Below are positions 61,348 to 64,000 of a stretch of 64,000 bases of DNA, one piece after another. Each line of letters opens with the position of its first letter. Position 1 is the first letter of the stretch. Made by a program: the position numbers and the translations under genes. This stretch comes from Octopus vulgaris (Eukaryota): positions 25,420,001 to 25,484,000 of the forward strand of contig OX597816.1 in assembly GCA_951406725.2 (NCBI GenBank). The letters are read 5' to 3'. The notes beneath the pieces are model-generated. The model did not search any database and had not been told where the DNA came from. It saw nothing but the letters and a program-made list of their open reading frames with translations.

Positions 61348-61638
61348 TCTGAGTTACGGATGCCGAGGTGGAAATCCACACTACCATCTCTTCAGTTATC
61401 CGGCCATCGGAAAATCACTATGAAAAATGACCGTTATACAAAGGGAAATTACTGTGTTATACATATACTCTAAGAAACTTTTGGAATTAACGGTCATTCG
61501 AATATCGCTTTTGTCTCAATAGCGGTCTATAACACAGTAATTTCCCTTTGTATAATGGTCATTTTTCATAGCGATTTTCCGATGGCCGGATAACTGAAGA
61601 GATGGTAGTGTGGATTTCCACCTCGGCATCCGTAACTC

Positions 61639-61641
<3 letters not shown>
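61348..61641. repeat. 114-bp inverted repeat with 66-bp spacer
   Basis: Arms 61348-61461 and 61528-61641 are near-exact reverse complements. Confidence 0.92.
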
Positions 61642-61695
<54 letters not shown>

Positions 61696-61704
<9 letters not shown>

Positions 61705-61957
61705 TTAGAGATAAAACCACTATTAGGCAAATCAAACAATGAAAAACTTAAGCCAATACATAAAATTAATTAATTTATATTATTTTAAATATATATCAAA
61801 AGTATTAAAAGTTTAATAAAAGATAATTATCTTTTATTAAACTTTTAATACTTTTGATATATATTTAAAATAATATAAATTAATTAATTTTATGTATTGG
61901 CTTAAGTTTTTCATTGTTTGATTTGCTTAATAGTGGTTTTATCTCTAATTTAATATA
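61696..61957. repeat. About 260-bp spacer-less palindrome
   Basis: Centre GATAA|TTATC at 61826/61827; I saw one mismatch (TAGGC vs TAAGC). Confidence 0.92.
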
Positions 61958-62487
61958 ATATAATATTTTACTATAAAATTGGATTCAATCCCAAATCTGA
62001 TTTTTCTCTGTAAGTTTGGATTTATTCCCTAATATGTTATTATATATATATATATGGTATACTTAATATACAAATACATAACGGGCTTCCTTCAGTTTGC
62101 GTCTACCAGATCCAGTAACAAGGTTTTGATCGGCCCAGGGATATAGTAGAAGACACTTGCGCAAGGTGCCACGCAGTGGGATTGAACCACGCAGTCACTC
62201 CTGCGATTGTGTCAAGGCTTAATATGCAATAAGGAGTATCCGAATTGTAAAAACAAAAATGTATAAGATAGGCGCAGGAGTTGCTGTGTAATAAGAAGTT
62301 TTCTTCCCAACCATACGGTTCCGGGTTGAGCCCCACTGCGTGGCACATTGGGAAAGTATCTTCTATTATAGCCTCGGACCAGGCAAAGCCTTCTGAGCGG
62401 ATTTTGGTAGACGGAAACTGAAAGAAGCCCGTCGAATTTACCCCCCACCACATATATATCTGTATATATATGTATATATATATATCT

Positions 62488-62520
<33 letters not shown>

Positions 62521-62521
<1 letters not shown>

Positions 62522-63021
62522 TAGCAGCATAGCCCGGCGTTGCCCGGGTATGTAAGAGCCCCTAGTAGGCAACGACTAATCCCAATCTAGTCCTTTCCTG
62601 CCAATTTGTGAAAGATATTGTCGAAAATATGTCATCTTGAATTTGAACGCGATTTTCCAAAATGGCATGATTTTATCGATTTTTTCTGATGGTAAGGTAT
62701 ATCATGGAAAACTAACATCAGAATTAAGTTTCTTAGGGTAACATTAAGCTTCACCATGAGTTTGGTGAAAATCGAGTGCAAGTTGCGAAAACTACAACAG
62801 AAAATGTGTTGCATATAAAAAGCTTAGATTCTCGATCCCATGTCGAATTTATCGATTTTTTTTCAGAACTGGGGAAACTTTTCAAAATTTTCGCTGCGTT
62901 AGTTTTGAATTATGACATAGGGCTATGTGTGTGTCAAGTTTCATCAGAATCGGTTGAAAGCTGTGGTCAGGGTGAGGGTACAACCTGACAGACACACAGA
63001 CACACAGACAGACAAACTGCC

Positions 63022-63030
<9 letters not shown>
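62521..63030 (-). mobile_element. Helitron-like non-autonomous element
   Basis: CTAG terminus with CCCGGGCAACGCCGGG hairpin; GACA/CA microsatellite near the 5' end; embedded in (TA)n. Confidence 0.7.
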
Positions 63031-63081
<51 letters not shown>

Positions 63082-64000
63082 GTATATATATATATATGTG
63101 TGTGTGTGTGTATACATTTGTGTGACTATGTTTGTCCCCCCACCAGCGCTCGACAACCGATGCCGGTGTGTTTACGTCCTCGTAACATTAGCGGTTCGGT
63201 TAAAGAAACCCGATAGAATAAGTACTAGGCTTGCAAAGAATAAGTCCTGGGGTCGATTTGTTCGACTAAGGGTGGTGCTCCAGCATGGCCACAGTCAAAT
63301 GACAAACAAATTACAACGAATAAAAGAATACTGAATGAAGATGGGCAGAAATACATAACGGACTGTGACAAAAGGTGGACATAGGAGCGGAAGGTGTATA
63401 TATTATGTATACCATTCGATAGGGATAGTATTTATAAACACAAAACTAAGTACATCGTTCAGGCGTACTATGTACACTCAATACACATATTCTTTTTTAC
63501 TCTAGGCACAAGGCCAGCAATTTTGGCAAAGTGGGTAAGTCGATTACATCGACACCATTGTTCAACTGGTACTTATTTTATCGACTCTGAAAAGGGATGA
63601 AAGGCAAAGTCGACCTCGGCGAAATTCGAACTCAGAAGTTAAAGATGGACAAAATGCTTCTAGACATTTTGCCCAGCGTGCTTAACGATTCGGCCAGCTT
63701 ACCATACTCTTTTACTCTTTTACTCTTTTACTTGTTTCAGTCATTTGACTGCGGCCATGCTGGGGCACCGCCTTTAGTCGAGCAAATCGACCCCGGGACT
63801 TATTCTTTGTAAGCCCAGTACTTATTCTATCAGTCTCTTTTGCCGAACCGCTAAGTGACGGGGACGTAAACACACCAGCATCGGCTGTCAAGCAATGCTA
63901 GGGGGACAAACACAGACACACAAACACACACACATACATACATATATATATATACATATATACGACAGGCTTCTTTCAGTTTCCGTCTACCAAATCCACT

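Overview
Eukaryotic, AT-rich, microsatellite- and SINE-dense genomic DNA; the repeat landscape looks like a cephalopod (Octopus-like) genome, which is an inference. Almost all ORF-track entries are microsatellite or repeat noise. Reading splice sites by hand gives a large minus-strand gene with 15 phase-consistent coding exons (59359 down to ~11988, about 1,180 codons, 5' end outside the window). It encodes a zonadhesin/FCGBP-like cysteine-rich protein: VWD-C8-TIL-TILa/EGF - VWA - EGF - VWD-C8-TIL-TILa/EGF - PAN - PAN, with no visible transmembrane segment. It converges tail-to-tail with the 3' end of a plus-strand paralogue (exons 742-975, 1845-2060, probably 3786-3799) carrying the same two PAN/apple exons. 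Introns and the intergenic gap hold three mariner relics, a Tc1 fragment, Merlin-like MITEs with TTAGGG repeats, Helitron-like elements, RTE, CR1, Tx1-like, R4/Dong-like and Hero/NeSL-like retrotransposon fragments, four tRNA-derived SINE families, Penelope-like relics with hammerhead-like motifs, and several long (TA)n-associated palindromes. A 2.5 kb duplication across the 100-N gap is probably an assembly artefact. All domain and family names come from motif recognition, not database searches.
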